The notes under the pieces: generated by a model
What the model saw: only the letters and a program-made list of their open reading frames with translations
The model's database searches: none
What the model was told of the DNA's origin: nothing
Shown here: in pieces, positions 49,325 to 60,292 of the stretch
Layout of the letters: every line of letters starts with the position of its first letter
How positions within the stretch are numbered: position 1 is the first letter of the stretch
NCBI GenBank assembly: GCA_963727625.1
Contig: CAVSHR010000009.1
Coordinates: forward strand, 192,001 to 256,000
Source: an uncultured delta proteobacterium
Lineage (GTDB): Bacteria; Desulfobacterota; Binatia; UBA9968
Direction: 5' to 3'
Length of the DNA: 64,000 nt
Translations under genes and position numbers: made by a program

Positions 49325-50326
49325 TTACGACAGCTTGATTCTTGGATCGATCAGGCCGTAAAGCAGGTCGACCAACAGATTCACAAAGAAGTAAGTGACG
49401 GCAAAGACTAAGATCAAGACCTGGGTGAGTTTGTAGTCGCGCGCCGAGATCGATTGGATCAGCAGGTCGCCGATGCCGGGAAATGAAAAGACCGTTTCGG
49501 TGATCACTGAGCCGCTCAGCAAGGCGCCCAACTGAAGGCCAAGAATGGTGACGATGGTAATCAGCGCGTTGCGGAGGATATGATGCCAGATGACGTTTCT
49601 TTCGCTCAAGCCTTTCGCTCGCGCCGTCGTGACATAATCCTGGCGCATCACTTCGAGCACGCTCGAGCGCGAGATTCGTGTGACAATCGCCGCCAGCGAC
49701 GAACCCAGAGTAACCGCCGGCATCAGCAGATGCTGCATGGCGCTCCAAAAGCCGGCGAAATTTCCGGTCAAAAGGCTGTCGACGAGATAGAGCCCGGTGA
49801 TCGCCTTGATCTCGACGCCGTACTCGATGCGGCCCGCCACGGGTAGAAGATTCAGTTGCCCGCCGAGGAAATAGATCAGCATGATGCCGAGCCAAAAGTT
49901 GGGCAAGGAAACGCCGATGAGAGCAACGCTCATCCCGGCGTGGTCGAGCAACGAGTTATGCTTAATCGCGGAATAGACGCCCAGTGGCACGGCGATCAGG
50001 ACGGCCACGCACAGACTGGCGAAAGCCAATTCCAGCGTGGCCGGCAATCGTTCGGCTACCAGATTCGTGACCGGTTCATTGAACTTGAGCGATTTGCCGA
50101 AGTCTCCGGTGACTGCGTGGGCCAAGAAATCCCAATATTGCACCAACAGCGGCTTGTCCAGACCCCACTCATGGCGGGCCCGCGCGACGTCGGCCGGAGT
50201 GGCGTCGTCGCCCAGTAGAAGCGTCACCGGATCACCGGGCGCGATATGCATCAGGAGAAAAATCAGGAAAGAGATGCCGATGATGACGGGGATTGCGCCG
50301 ACGATTCTGCGGCTAAGCGTCTTCAT
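49325..50326 (-). CDS. dppB: Dipeptide/oligopeptide ABC permease DppB/OppB
   Basis: APGDP, GDFGKS, ATLEL, TARAKGL, ETVF..PG.G, DPRI. Confidence 0.9.
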   Translation of the reverse strand: MKTLSRRIVGAIPVIIGISFLIFLLMHIAPGDPVTLLLGDDATPADVARARHEWGLDKPLLVQYWDFLAHAVTGDFGKSLKFNEPVTNLVAERLPATLELAFASLCVAVLIAVPLGVYSAIKHNSLLDHAGMSVALIGVSLPNFWLGIMLIYFLGGQLNLLPVAGRIEYGVEIKAITGLYLVDSLLTGNFAGFWSAMQHLLMPAVTLGSSLAAIVTRISRSSVLEVMRQDYVTTARAKGLSERNVIWHHILRNALITIVTILGLQLGALLSGSVITETVFSFPGIGDLLIQSISARDYKLTQVLILVFAVTYFFVNLLVDLLYGLIDPRIKLS

Positions 50327-50394
50327 ACCGAGTAAATTTCAAACCGATCGAAAAAAAACTACCGGTCCACGTAACGATTCGCCATTGGCAACGC

Positions 50395-51708
50395 TTACTG
50401 ACCCAGTTGGGCGAAAGATTGATCCAGGGCTCTCAACGCCTGGTCGATCTGCTCTTTGCTGACGTTGAGCGCCGGCGCGACACGCAGGACATTGCTGTAG
50501 GTTCCGCCCTTGCCGATCAACAAACCGTTGTTCTTGGTCAGCTCCATCACTCGCTTGGTGTTTTCCAGGTCGGGTTTTTTCTTTTCGCCGACCAGCTCCA
50601 TGCCCTGCATCAAGCCCATGCCGCGCACGTCGCCGATGATCGGGTACTTGTCTCTGAGCGCGTTTAAACCTTCGCGCAAGCGCTGGCCCATCAGTCGGGC
50701 GTTCTCAACGAGATTTTCCTCTTCGATGACTTCGATGGTCGCGTGGGCCGCGGTGGAGGTCACCGGGTTGCCGCCGAAAGTCGAGATGGTGTTGCCCTTC
50801 ATGCTGTCGGCCACCTCAGGGGTTGCGATGGTGGCGCCGATCGGCACACCGTTGGCCATGCCCTTCGCGAAGGTCATGATATCGGGATCGACATCCCAGT
50901 GTTCGATGCCGAACATCTTGCCGCCAGTGCGCCCCCAACCGGTCTGCACTTCGTCGCAGATAAATAGACCACCATATTTGCGGATGATCCCAACGATCTC
51001 TTTGAAATATTCCTTGGGCGGAACGATAAAGCCGCCGACCCCTTGAATCGGCTCGGCGAGAAACGCCGCAACGCGCCCTTGCGACGTCATGGTTTGAATC
51101 GCTTCTTCGGCATCCGCGGCGCATTTCAAATCGCAGCTCGGATAGGTTAGTCCGAACGGACAGCGGTAACAGTATGCGTTGGCGATGTGGTGCACGCCGG
51201 GCACGACGTTGGGCATGAGCCGCCAGCTCGACTGCGCCGACAGGCTCAACGCTAGATACGACCGACCGCTATAGCCGTGCCGCAGCGTGATCACGTCCTG
51301 GCATTGGGTGTGGAGCTGGGCTAGCAACACCGCGGTTTCGTTCGCTTCCGTGCCGCTGTTAGTGAAGAAGGATTTCTCCAGACGCCCAGGCGTGATCTGC
51401 GCCAATTTTTCCGCCAAGCGCACCTGCGGCTCGTTGGCGTAGAGCGTCGACATATGCTGCACTTTGTGCGTTTGCTCGTCGATCGCCCCGGTGACTTTGT
51501 CGTTGCAATGGCCGACGCTGACCGTCAAGATGCCGCCGAAAAAATCCAAGAACTCCTTGCCGTCAGCGTCGTAAACGTATTGATCCTTGGCGTGATCGAT
51601 CACCAGCGGCTCGTCGTAATACGTCGACACGCAGGAGAATAGGTATTTTTTTTGCTTCTCTAAGATTTCTTTTTTGTCCATAGCAGCCTTAATTTGATCG
51701 GGTAGCAT
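50395..51708 (-). CDS. Class III PLP-dependent aminotransferase
   Basis: NSGTEANE, AEPIQG.GG, DEVQTGWGRTG, AKGMANG, TFGGNP; start may be 51681. Confidence 0.9.
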   Translation of the reverse strand: MLPDQIKAAMDKKEILEKQKKYLFSCVSTYYDEPLVIDHAKDQYVYDADGKEFLDFFGGILTVSVGHCNDKVTGAIDEQTHKVQHMSTLYANEPQVRLAEKLAQITPGRLEKSFFTNSGTEANETAVLLAQLHTQCQDVITLRHGYSGRSYLALSLSAQSSWRLMPNVVPGVHHIANAYCYRCPFGLTYPSCDLKCAADAEEAIQTMTSQGRVAAFLAEPIQGVGGFIVPPKEYFKEIVGIIRKYGGLFICDEVQTGWGRTGGKMFGIEHWDVDPDIMTFAKGMANGVPIGATIATPEVADSMKGNTISTFGGNPVTSTAAHATIEVIEEENLVENARLMGQRLREGLNALRDKYPIIGDVRGMGLMQGMELVGEKKKPDLENTKRVMELTKNNGLLIGKGGTYSNVLRVAPALNVSKEQIDQALRALDQSFAQLGQ

Positions 51709-52562
51709 TAATGGCGCGTGAGGAACTCCAAAATCGGCGGATGGCCCTTTTCCGGCATCTCGCGCAGATAACCATGCCTACCGTCTTTGATGAGTACAAG
51801 CTCCGCGTTGGGAATTTTTTCCGCGAGCACTTTCGCCGATTCAACGTGGCTGCCGGTGCCGCCTTCATGGGTGTCCATGTCGCCGACGATGACCAACGTG
51901 GGCGCCTTGATTTGGTGGATAAGATGGGTGGTTTCGTGACATTGCCGCGCCACCACATGGCGTAGATAACATTTCAGCGGCGGCACCTCGTCAACGATCA
52001 GTTCCTGATATTTCTTGACCACGTCCGGGTGCTCCTTCATGAAGCTCTCGCTGAACATAAAACCCGGTCCCCAGTGATCGCTTTGATATTTTTCGTAGCC
52101 CTTCTCGATCATCTCCAGCACCGTGTCCAATGGCACGCCGCGCGGATAATCTTCAAGTTTCTCGCTATACTTTCCCGAGCCCGGCCCCGAGAGCACCAAG
52201 CTGCGCACTTTTTCGGGATAATCTAAGGAGATCCACTGGCACACCCGAGCGCCCATGGAGTGGCCCATCATGTGGGCCTTGTTTATGCCGAGCGCATCCA
52301 TCAGTCCGACGCAATCCTTGGCGAACAGGCGAGTCGTGTAGTGCATGTCCGGTTTATCGCTGCGTCCGAGACCGCGATGGTCGTAAATCAGCACTTGATA
52401 ATGCTTGGCGAACTCCGGTACCTGAGACACCCGCCATGGCGCCAGACTGATACCGGTGCCGGCGACCAGCACCAGCGGATCACCCTCGCCGTAGAGTTCA
52501 TAGTACAGATTGACGTCGTCGACTTTGACTTTGCCGCTTTTAACTGGTTTGAGCTCTTCCAA
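51708..52562 (-). CDS. Alpha/beta hydrolase
   Basis: YDHRGLGRSD, GHSMG, IVGDMD, GRH; TTG start after GGAGG. Confidence 0.88.
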   Translation of the reverse strand: MEELKPVKSGKVKVDDVNLYYELYGEGDPLVLVAGTGISLAPWRVSQVPEFAKHYQVLIYDHRGLGRSDKPDMHYTTRLFAKDCVGLMDALGINKAHMMGHSMGARVCQWISLDYPEKVRSLVLSGPGSGKYSEKLEDYPRGVPLDTVLEMIEKGYEKYQSDHWGPGFMFSESFMKEHPDVVKKYQELIVDEVPPLKCYLRHVVARQCHETTHLIHQIKAPTLVIVGDMDTHEGGTGSHVESAKVLAEKIPNAELVLIKDGRHGYLREMPEKGHPPILEFLTRH

Positions 52563-52622
52563 GACCCCCTCCAAAATTGACCAACCGCTGACATGAAACT
52601 GCCCGGTGATCACTCCGCGACG

Positions 52623-52977
52623 CTATCGAATCCAATTTTTAGAGTCAATCATACCGTCTTGTTGCACAAACATGCGCCAATAGACTAAGGCATCCCGGTT
52701 TGGATCCGAAGTAAAAAGCAATTGTCCCGGCCACAGCCCGCCGAAACGATCGTCGACGGCTCGGACGAGATCAGCCCCGTTACCGACGTTTGAGTTGTCT
52801 AACATATTGCTGAGATATCGCTCCAAAAACTACGTGAATCTTGTCTTTGTCGTTGACGGCAAATTCAGCGAACACGGTTTCAAAATCGCTTTTTCCACTT
52901 CCACCGCAACAGTGCGTGAAACGCGCGCGAAAGTTCTCGCAAAAGTTTTCGACGTCGGACCGGTTGGATTCACTCAT
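52623..52977 (-). pseudogene. Frameshifted paralog of 54792..55214
   Basis: Segments FETVFAEF..DKDKI and SNVGN...LVRAVDDRFGGLWPGQLLF match the intact copy in different frames. Confidence 0.8.
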
Positions 52978-53137
52978 TACCTATATTCTCCTATGATAAA
53001 CTAACCCGCTCAATTCTGTTTGGTCGAAAAAGCTCGACTGGATTTTTTCGCCAGGTGAAGGACATTTCCCGGAAGGGGGCGCATTCGGCCTGCTTTATCG
53101 GCGTCTGTGGAACGATCGCCGCCATTGACAGACCCGA

Positions 53138-54241
53138 TTAAACGTTGAACTTGAACAGCACTACGTCCCCGTCGGCGACAGCGTATTCCTTCCCTTCCAT
53201 CCGATACAGGCCCTTGGCACGGGCGGCGGCAACCGAACCGCACTGCACCAAGTCGTCGTAGGCCACGGTCTCCGCCTTGATGAAACCGCGCTCGAAGTCG
53301 GAATGAATGACGCCGGCGGCTGCGGGCGCGCTGTCGCCCGCACGGATCGTCCAGGCGCGCACCTCCTTCTCGCCCGCGGTGAAATAGGTCCGCAAGCCGA
53401 GCAAGTGATAAGTCGCGCGGATCAGGGCACCGACGCCGCTTTCCGTTACGCCGAGATCCTTGAGAAACGCCTCGGCTTCGTTCGGTGCGAGATCGACGAG
53501 GTCGCTCTCAATCTGGGCGCTGATGACAACTGCCTCACAGGCCAGATGGCTGTGCACGTACTCGCGCACCTCGAGGACGCAGGGATTTGTGTCCGCCGTG
53601 GCCAGGTCGGACTCCTTGACGTTGCACGCAAAGATCGTCCGCTTATCCGTGAGCAAAAAAAACGGTATCGACAGGGCGCGCTCCTCTGCTGTTAGCCGCA
53701 CCGTGTGCGACGGCTTGCCGGCATCGAGAGCGGCCTCGATTTTCTTGAGGACCCTATCTTCGGCGGCGGCAGTCTTATCGCCGCGTTTGATGTCTTTGCT
53801 AACACGCTCGCGGCGTTTTTTGACCGATTCGAGATCGGCGAGCATGAGCTCGGTATTGATGACTTCGATGTCGCGCACCGGATCGACGCTGCCCGCCACG
53901 TGATGGACGTCCGCGTCTTCGAAACAGCGCACCACCTGCACGAGGGCGTCAACTTCACGGATGTGGGTGAGGAATTTATTGCCCAGGCCCTCTCCCTGGC
54001 TCGCGCCCTTCACCAGGCCCGCGATGTCCACGAACTCGATCGCCGCCGGGATGACGACGTTGCTTCTAACGATGCGCTGCAGTTCGAAGAGCCGAGCGTC
54101 CGGCACGTTGACAATGCCGAGATTGGGATCAATGGTGCAAAACGGATAGTTCGCCGCCTCGGCCTTGCGCGTGCGCGTCACGGCGTTGAACAAAGTGGAC
54201 TTGCCCACGTTGGGCAACCCGACGATTCCAGCTCTCAGCAT
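53138..54241 (-). CDS. ychF: Redox-regulated ribosome-binding ATPase YchF
   Basis: [50 protein letters not shown]. Confidence 0.96.
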   Translation of the reverse strand: MLRAGIVGLPNVGKSTLFNAVTRTRKAEAANYPFCTIDPNLGIVNVPDARLFELQRIVRSNVVIPAAIEFVDIAGLVKGASQGEGLGNKFLTHIREVDALVQVVRCFEDADVHHVAGSVDPVRDIEVINTELMLADLESVKKRRERVSKDIKRGDKTAAAEDRVLKKIEAALDAGKPSHTVRLTAEERALSIPFFLLTDKRTIFACNVKESDLATADTNPCVLEVREYVHSHLACEAVVISAQIESDLVDLAPNEAEAFLKDLGVTESGVGALIRATYHLLGLRTYFTAGEKEVRAWTIRAGDSAPAAAGVIHSDFERGFIKAETVAYDDLVQCGSVAAARAKGLYRMEGKEYAVADGDVVLFKFNV

Positions 54242-54791
54242 GTTCGGATGTGTCTCGCTCGTTGAATTCTAAACCCACCATGGCGTACCGACACAATCCC
54301 TCGGCCGTAGCCAGATTTCGGTCAGACGCTTGCCGCAATTAAGCCGTGCCATCGGGGTCCGGAGCAGGATAATACGGGAATAACGCGGACGGGATGACTC
54401 ACAAAAACTAACAGAGATATCGATGAAGGAGAAGCCTCACGCGATTTTTCTACTTGACGCCATCGCTCTCATCGCGTCGTAGGCTCGCGCAGGCTGCACC
54501 CGTGTTCCGCGGAGAATCTCCTTTTTCGTGCAACTTTTGGGCTTCCCTGGCGATCAACTCGACGGAGCAAAACAGAGTGCGCGTCTCCACCAGCAATGGC
54601 GGTAGCGGGCAGCGCGAAAGGGCTGCCTGCCTACGACCTGCCAATCAACTTTTCCTCTAACACCGATTCGCTCTTGGTCAGGAACCATACGAAACCTGAG
54701 AAATCACAACGAGAGGACCTTTCCAGGAATAGACGCAACAGGAGATCATCGAACGGTTCAAATAGATAGACGGGACGAATCCAAATTCAAA

Positions 54792-55214
54792 TTAAACGCC
54801 GAACCCGCCTTTGAACAGCCGGACTTTCTCGGCGTAATCTGAATCCGACAGGTTCTTGTACTCCAGGCCAATACGTATCGAGATTGTCTTGCCGTCGCCC
54901 CACGGCCACCAGGTACAAAAAATCGCCGCGTCCCGCGTCGGATCCGTGGCAAACAGCAATTGCCCCGACCATAGTCCACCGAATTGATCATCGACGGCTC
55001 GGACCAGCTCTGGAGCGTTACCGATGTTTGAGCTGTCCCACGTATGACCGAGACGAAGCTCCAGGAGTGCACGAATTTTGTCTCTATCGTCTGTCGAAAA
55101 TTCAGCCAACATGGTCTCGAACCGCCAATCCCATTTCCACGCCGATACTCCCTGAAACGCGTTCGATAGTTCTCGATAAGCAGTTTCGATGTCCGCTTGG
55201 TCTGAATCACTCAT
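54792..55214 (-). CDS. Hypothetical protein
   Basis: 140 aa ORF; decayed paralog at 52623..52977 supports coding status. Confidence 0.7.
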   Translation of the reverse strand: MSDSDQADIETAYRELSNAFQGVSAWKWDWRFETMLAEFSTDDRDKIRALLELRLGHTWDSSNIGNAPELVRAVDDQFGGLWSGQLLFATDPTRDAAIFCTWWPWGDGKTISIRIGLEYKNLSDSDYAEKVRLFKGGFGV

Positions 55215-55424
55215 TATCGGTACCGTAACAATAACAATCGAAACTCACCCGCCAAACTCTGGTTTATCGAGCGACGCTCTATGGCATCACATCCGTTTAG
55301 TATGTGACAGCGCACATTCGGCCGTCCATAGAATTGTGCCAACGTCGGCTTAAAGGTAAAAGCACCGAGGCTGATCAATTCACCTCTGGCTGCGTCCGAT
55401 TTCGGTGCTTCGCCGCTGCGACTA

Positions 55425-57110
55425 TCACTGCGCTTGATAAGCGGTGCCGCGCAAGACTTTTCCGGCCATCTCGCCGCTGAGCTTGCCGTCCTCGTACACG
55501 ACTTTGCCGTTGACGATGGTCTGGCAAATGCCTTCGGAGCGCTGGATCAATCGCTTGGTGCCGGCGGGATAATCTTCGGCCCATTCCGGCGCGCAGGCTT
55601 TGATCGTCTGCGGATCGAAGATGGTCACGTCGGCGGCGAAGCCGGGGCGCAAGAGGCCGCGGCCTTCGATGCCGTAGACCGAGGCGACGTGGTAGGTGAG
55701 CTTGTGGATCGCCTGCTCCAGAGTAATCATCTGCCGGTCGCGCACCCACATGCCGAGCAGTGTCGTGCAGTAGCCGAAGTCGGCGCCGAACTGCACGTGG
55801 GCGCCGGCATCCGACGTACCGACGATCACATAGGGGCTCTTCATGATCGTGCTCATCACTTCGGGATTGAAGCCGCGGTTGGTGGTTTCGAAGGTCGTCT
55901 CCAGACCTTCTTCCAGGGAGAGATCCAAGAAGGCGTCGAGCGGGCCTTGATTGCGCAGGGACGCGACCTCGGCCACGCTCTTGCCGACGTACTGTTGATT
56001 CTCAGGCTTCACCGCCTTCTCGACGAAGACTCGTCCCCAGTTGCGGTGAAACGAGATCGCCCTCGGCGCAAAGAAATCCTCCCGCATCTTGCCGCGCGTC
56101 TCGGCGTCGGCGAAGGCCTGCTTGCGCGCCGGCTCGGGCAAGAACATCAGATTTTTCCACACCGGGAACTCGTCGAAGATCTGCGCGTCTTTCATTGTGA
56201 AATGACGCATCAATGGCACGGTGTGCGTAAGACCATAGGCCTGATAGCCGTCGCGGAAAGTTTTGGCGATACCGTCGAGCATGTTCTTCCAGAGCTCCGG
56301 CTCGCTCTCTTTGTACTGCACGCTCTGCCACACGATCGGCCGGCGCGTGCGCCGCGCCAGCTCATCGTATTGCGGAATCTGCTCGACGCAGTGGCGCCCC
56401 ATGTTCATTTGAATCACGCCGCTGTTCGCTTCGCTGACCACTTCGCAAAGTCCGAACAGCTCATCGTTGTCAGCCATGCGGCTCGGCACCGGCAATCCAT
56501 CTTCGCGCATATGGCGCTCGTTGCGGTTGGTTGAAAAACCGAAGGAACCGGCGTGCATCGCTTCGCCCACCGCTTCGCGCATTTTATCAATCTCGCCCGG
56601 GGTCGCCTTGCGCTGCACCGACTCCTCGCCCATGACAAACTGGCGCACCGCGATATGGCCGACGATGCCGCCGACGTTGATGCCGACCTTGCCTTCGAGC
56701 CTGTTCAAGTAATCACCGTAGCTCCTCCAGCCCCAGGGCACGCCCTTTTCCAGCGCCACGCGCGGGATCGCTTCGACGCGCACGAAGCTTTTAACGATGG
56801 CGTCTTCATCGCCGTTTTTCACCGGCGCCAGCGCCAGGCCGCAATTGCCCATGATGATCGATGTCACGCCATGCTGCGGTTCGCAGGTGCCGAAGGGATC
56901 CCACAGAATCTGCCCGTCCATATGGGTGTGATGATCGATGAAGCCGGGCGAAACGACCAGGCCGTCGGCGTCGATCGTTCGAGCCGCGCTACCTTTGAGC
57001 CGGCCTACGGCGACGATCTTATCGTCTTTGATACCCACATCGGCGATGAATGACGGCAAGCCCGATCCGTCGACCACCCGTCCATTCTTGATTAGCAAAT
57101 CGTAATCCAT
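55425..57110 (-). CDS. N-acyl-D-amino-acid deacylase-like amidohydrolase
   Basis: PGFIDHHTHMD, MGNCG, SDAGAH; paralog of 27931..29619. Confidence 0.9.
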   Translation of the reverse strand: MDYDLLIKNGRVVDGSGLPSFIADVGIKDDKIVAVGRLKGSAARTIDADGLVVSPGFIDHHTHMDGQILWDPFGTCEPQHGVTSIIMGNCGLALAPVKNGDEDAIVKSFVRVEAIPRVALEKGVPWGWRSYGDYLNRLEGKVGINVGGIVGHIAVRQFVMGEESVQRKATPGEIDKMREAVGEAMHAGSFGFSTNRNERHMREDGLPVPSRMADNDELFGLCEVVSEANSGVIQMNMGRHCVEQIPQYDELARRTRRPIVWQSVQYKESEPELWKNMLDGIAKTFRDGYQAYGLTHTVPLMRHFTMKDAQIFDEFPVWKNLMFLPEPARKQAFADAETRGKMREDFFAPRAISFHRNWGRVFVEKAVKPENQQYVGKSVAEVASLRNQGPLDAFLDLSLEEGLETTFETTNRGFNPEVMSTIMKSPYVIVGTSDAGAHVQFGADFGYCTTLLGMWVRDRQMITLEQAIHKLTYHVASVYGIEGRGLLRPGFAADVTIFDPQTIKACAPEWAEDYPAGTKRLIQRSEGICQTIVNGKVVYEDGKLSGEMAGKVLRGTAYQAQ

Positions 57111-57186
57111 GGTCGTAACTCCGGAAGATGAGAATTCAGCTATTCTGTCTTATCATCCTACCTTTTCAATTTTTCATTTTAGCTTT

Positions 57187-58782
57187 TTACTTTTCCCCAG
57201 CATGTCCCGGTCCGTAGACGATTTTGCCCGGGCGCGCGCCGGTATGGTAGCCGTTATCGATCACCACTGCGCCATTGACCAAAACGTAAGGTATCCCTTT
57301 GGGATACTGTTTCGGATTTTCATAAGTCGCGGTGTCGGCAACCGTATCGGGATCGAAGAGCACGACATCGCCCCAATATCCCTCACGCAGCAAACCTCGA
57401 TCTTTCAAGCCCAACACTTGCGCCGGCATAGAGGTCATCTTGCGCACCGCGTCTTCGAGCGTCAGTACTTTTTCTTCGCGGGTATACTTGCCGAGCACCC
57501 GCGGATGGGTGCCGAAACTGCGCGGATGCGGCTTGCCGGGATATTTTTGATTGAGCGCGCTGCCGTCCGAGCCAATCGACACCCAGGGCACTCGCATAAC
57601 CGTCTTCACGTCGTCTTCGTTCATCGTGTGATGCACACCGTGAATAAACACGCCTTCTTCGTGGATCAGGTCGAAGCAGGTCGAGACCGGATCATCCTCG
57701 CGGATCCCGGCGATCTCCGCGATCGTCATCCCTTCAAATTTTTTCAGCTTCGCGTTATCCAAGCGCGCGGCCACGATGCCTTCCCAGCCGCCATGCTCGT
57801 CGACGTATTGATTGAATTCCTTGTCCTGGATCACGCGCTCGCGAAACGACGGATCTTTGAATCGCGCGATGGTTTCCTTTGCCGGTGCGTCTTGCACCCA
57901 GCGCGGAAACAACCGGCGCCAGGGATGCTGCATGGCGGTATAAGGGTATTGATTGGCGGTGATGTCCAAGCCCTCGCGCCGCGCCTCTTCGAGCTGCGCG
58001 ATCACTTGGCGAATCCGTCCCCAGTTCGCCTTGGCGCGCATCTTCAAATGATAAACGTGAACCGGGATCTGCGCTTCGCGCGCCACGCGCAGTGCCTTCG
58101 CCAGCTCCTCCATCATGTCGAAGCCTTCGCTGCCGACGTGCACGCCGTAGTAGCCGCCGTAGCGTTTGGCGATTTTAGCCATCTCGACGACTTCGCCGGG
58201 ATTCTCGGGACCCTTGGCGTGCCAGGCAGCGGTGAGGCCGAGCGCGCCTTCTTCCATCGCCTGGGCCACCAGACGATTCATTTTCTCCTGCTCGGCGGCA
58301 TTGACCGGGCGCTCTTCGAAACCGCAAACCACGCGCTTGACTTGCTGCGGCGACACGCCGGAGGCAACATTGATCGAGGTGCCGCCGCGCATGAGCGAAT
58401 TGAAGTAGCCGGTAAATGTCGTCCAGTCGGTTTCGATGCCGTTGCGTTTGCGATGTTCGGCCCGGTATTCCTCCAAGATTGCGCCTTCGAGCGGCGCCAC
58501 CGTTTGGCTCTCGCCAATGATGTCGAGCGTCACGCCCTGGCGCACTTTGCTTTCACCGTTGCCGTCGGCCACGAGCGGTTGATCGCTATGCGTGTGCATG
58601 TCGATGTAACCCGGGCTAACGACGTAGCCCTGCGCCGAAATCGCCCGTGTTCCCGCTTTCGGATCGATTTGACCGACGCTTGCGATTCTGCCGTTCTTGA
58701 TTCCCACGTCGCCAAAGAACCACGGATTGCCGCTGCCGTCGATCAATCGACCCCCGTGGATGACCATATCGAACTCTGCCAT
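57187..58782 (-). CDS. D-aminoacylase family amidohydrolase
   Basis: PGYIDMHTHSD, QYPYTA, GSDG, PHPRSFGT.PR.LG. Confidence 0.9.
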   Translation of the reverse strand: MAEFDMVIHGGRLIDGSGNPWFFGDVGIKNGRIASVGQIDPKAGTRAISAQGYVVSPGYIDMHTHSDQPLVADGNGESKVRQGVTLDIIGESQTVAPLEGAILEEYRAEHRKRNGIETDWTTFTGYFNSLMRGGTSINVASGVSPQQVKRVVCGFEERPVNAAEQEKMNRLVAQAMEEGALGLTAAWHAKGPENPGEVVEMAKIAKRYGGYYGVHVGSEGFDMMEELAKALRVAREAQIPVHVYHLKMRAKANWGRIRQVIAQLEEARREGLDITANQYPYTAMQHPWRRLFPRWVQDAPAKETIARFKDPSFRERVIQDKEFNQYVDEHGGWEGIVAARLDNAKLKKFEGMTIAEIAGIREDDPVSTCFDLIHEEGVFIHGVHHTMNEDDVKTVMRVPWVSIGSDGSALNQKYPGKPHPRSFGTHPRVLGKYTREEKVLTLEDAVRKMTSMPAQVLGLKDRGLLREGYWGDVVLFDPDTVADTATYENPKQYPKGIPYVLVNGAVVIDNGYHTGARPGKIVYGPGHAGEK

Positions 58783-58925
58783 GCTAAATTACCTTTCTAA
58801 TCGTCTTTGTGGCCTATATCACCGCCTCCGTGGCCCGACAACCTCGGCGGTGCGATTGCCGATTTCGCGCGCGCCCGCGAGACAGATCGATCTCAGCTGT
58901 GCTAATACGCTGATGAGGAGAAGCC

Positions 58926-59471
58926 ATGATCCGACCCGAGTTTAGAAAAATTCTGCTCGACCAGCGCGGAGCAGCGGTCATTCTTTGGTGTTTTTTTGTC
59001 ATCTCCATTCCGATCTACGTCGTGATCATCCGCAATGTTCTGGAAAATCCCAACCTCGGCAGCAACCGTACCTTCGCCGAGCCGGCAAGAATAATTCTCT
59101 GGCTACTGACTCTGGTCGATCTCGGCTACTACGTCTACTGGCGCAAGCGCAACCTGACCTCCGACTCGATCCTGCGCAACGCGCGCGCGACCAAGCTCTT
59201 TCGCGCCCTGCAAGAATTCAGTGGCGCCGTCGAAGAGCGCGCCGCTTACGTGGTTTCGACTTATGTCACGCGCAAGGTCGTCATCTTCGCCATCATCGAA
59301 GCGATCGCCGTCTACGGTCTCGTCCTCGCTGTCATCGGCCGATTTGTCCAGGACCAATACTGGCTCTCGGCCTTGAGCGTGGCACTGCTGGTCGTTGAAT
59401 TCCCTTCGGAAAAGTCCGTCGAAGCCTTGGTTCGGGCCGCCGAACAGCCACCGACCGAGAACGCCGGATAG
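58926..59471 (+). CDS. Hypothetical membrane protein (about 4 TM)
   Basis: GAGGAG RBS; hydrophobic segments. Confidence 0.7.
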   Translation: MIRPEFRKILLDQRGAAVILWCFFVISIPIYVVIIRNVLENPNLGSNRTFAEPARIILWLLTLVDLGYYVYWRKRNLTSDSILRNARATKLFRALQEFSGAVEERAAYVVSTYVTRKVVIFAIIEAIAVYGLVLAVIGRFVQDQYWLSALSVALLVVEFPSEKSVEALVRAAEQPPTENAG

Positions 59472-59492
59472 AAGACTTTCGCCCGTCCGCAC

Positions 59493-60179
59493 TCAATCTT
59501 CGACATGCCACTTGCCGCGCCTAGTCGAGTGGCGCAGCGCCGATTGCAACCGTTTCAAGAAAATTCGCCGCGGAATTTCCTTGGCGCCAAGATGGTGCAT
59601 ATGATCGGTGGTCATCTGCGAGTCGACAAAGTGAAATCCCCATTTCTTGAGTTTCTCCACAAGCACGGCCAGTGCGACTTTCGACGCCTCGGTTTTACGG
59701 TGAAACATCGACTCGCCGAAAAACGCTTTACCAAGAGAGACACCGTAAAGACCGCCGACTAATTTGCCCTCGAACCAGCTCTCTACGGAATGGGCAAAGC
59801 CTAAGCCATGCAGTCTAATATATGCTTCCTGCATCTCCGGCGTGATCCAGGTGCCGCTTTGGCCCTCGCGCGCTACTTGCGCGCACGCCGCGATCACATC
59901 CTCGAAGACGCGATCAAGAGTCACGAGGAAAATCTTTTTGCGTAGCGTCTTGCGCAAGCTCCGGGAAATTTTGAATTCGTCGAGATTGAGAACGAAGCGC
60001 GGGTCTGGCGACCACCAGAGAATGGGCTGGTCCTCCGAGTACCAGGGAAAAATGCCGACGCGGTAGGCCTCCAGCAAGCGCTCGCTGGAAAGATCGCCGC
60101 CCACCGCGATTAAACCACTCGGGTCCGCATAATCCGGCGGAGGGAACACCATGTCGTCGACAAGTCGAAATATCGGCAT
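59493..60179 (-). CDS. aat: Leucyl/phenylalanyl-tRNA--protein transferase
   Basis: GGDLS.ERLL.AY..GIFPW, WWSPDPR, AHSVE.W, GGLYGV, FFGESMF. Confidence 0.96.
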   Translation of the reverse strand: MPIFRLVDDMVFPPPDYADPSGLIAVGGDLSSERLLEAYRVGIFPWYSEDQPILWWSPDPRFVLNLDEFKISRSLRKTLRKKIFLVTLDRVFEDVIAACAQVAREGQSGTWITPEMQEAYIRLHGLGFAHSVESWFEGKLVGGLYGVSLGKAFFGESMFHRKTEASKVALAVLVEKLKKWGFHFVDSQMTTDHMHHLGAKEIPRRIFLKRLQSALRHSTRRGKWHVED

Positions 60180-60292
60180 CAGTAATCGATCCTTGGCGGC
60201 TATTTTAGCCCTCCGGAGAAATTATTCCCACTAATAATCGCGCTTGCAAACCGCCCGCCGAACGGCCTATCCTTTTGATGAGGGAGAAGCCG

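Noticed and set aside
57109-58800. 563-aa plus-strand ORF (also 14360..15637, 46735..48093, 55434..56534, 18089..19042)
   Set aside because: Antisense shadows of well-supported genes in GC-rich DNA; no motifs.
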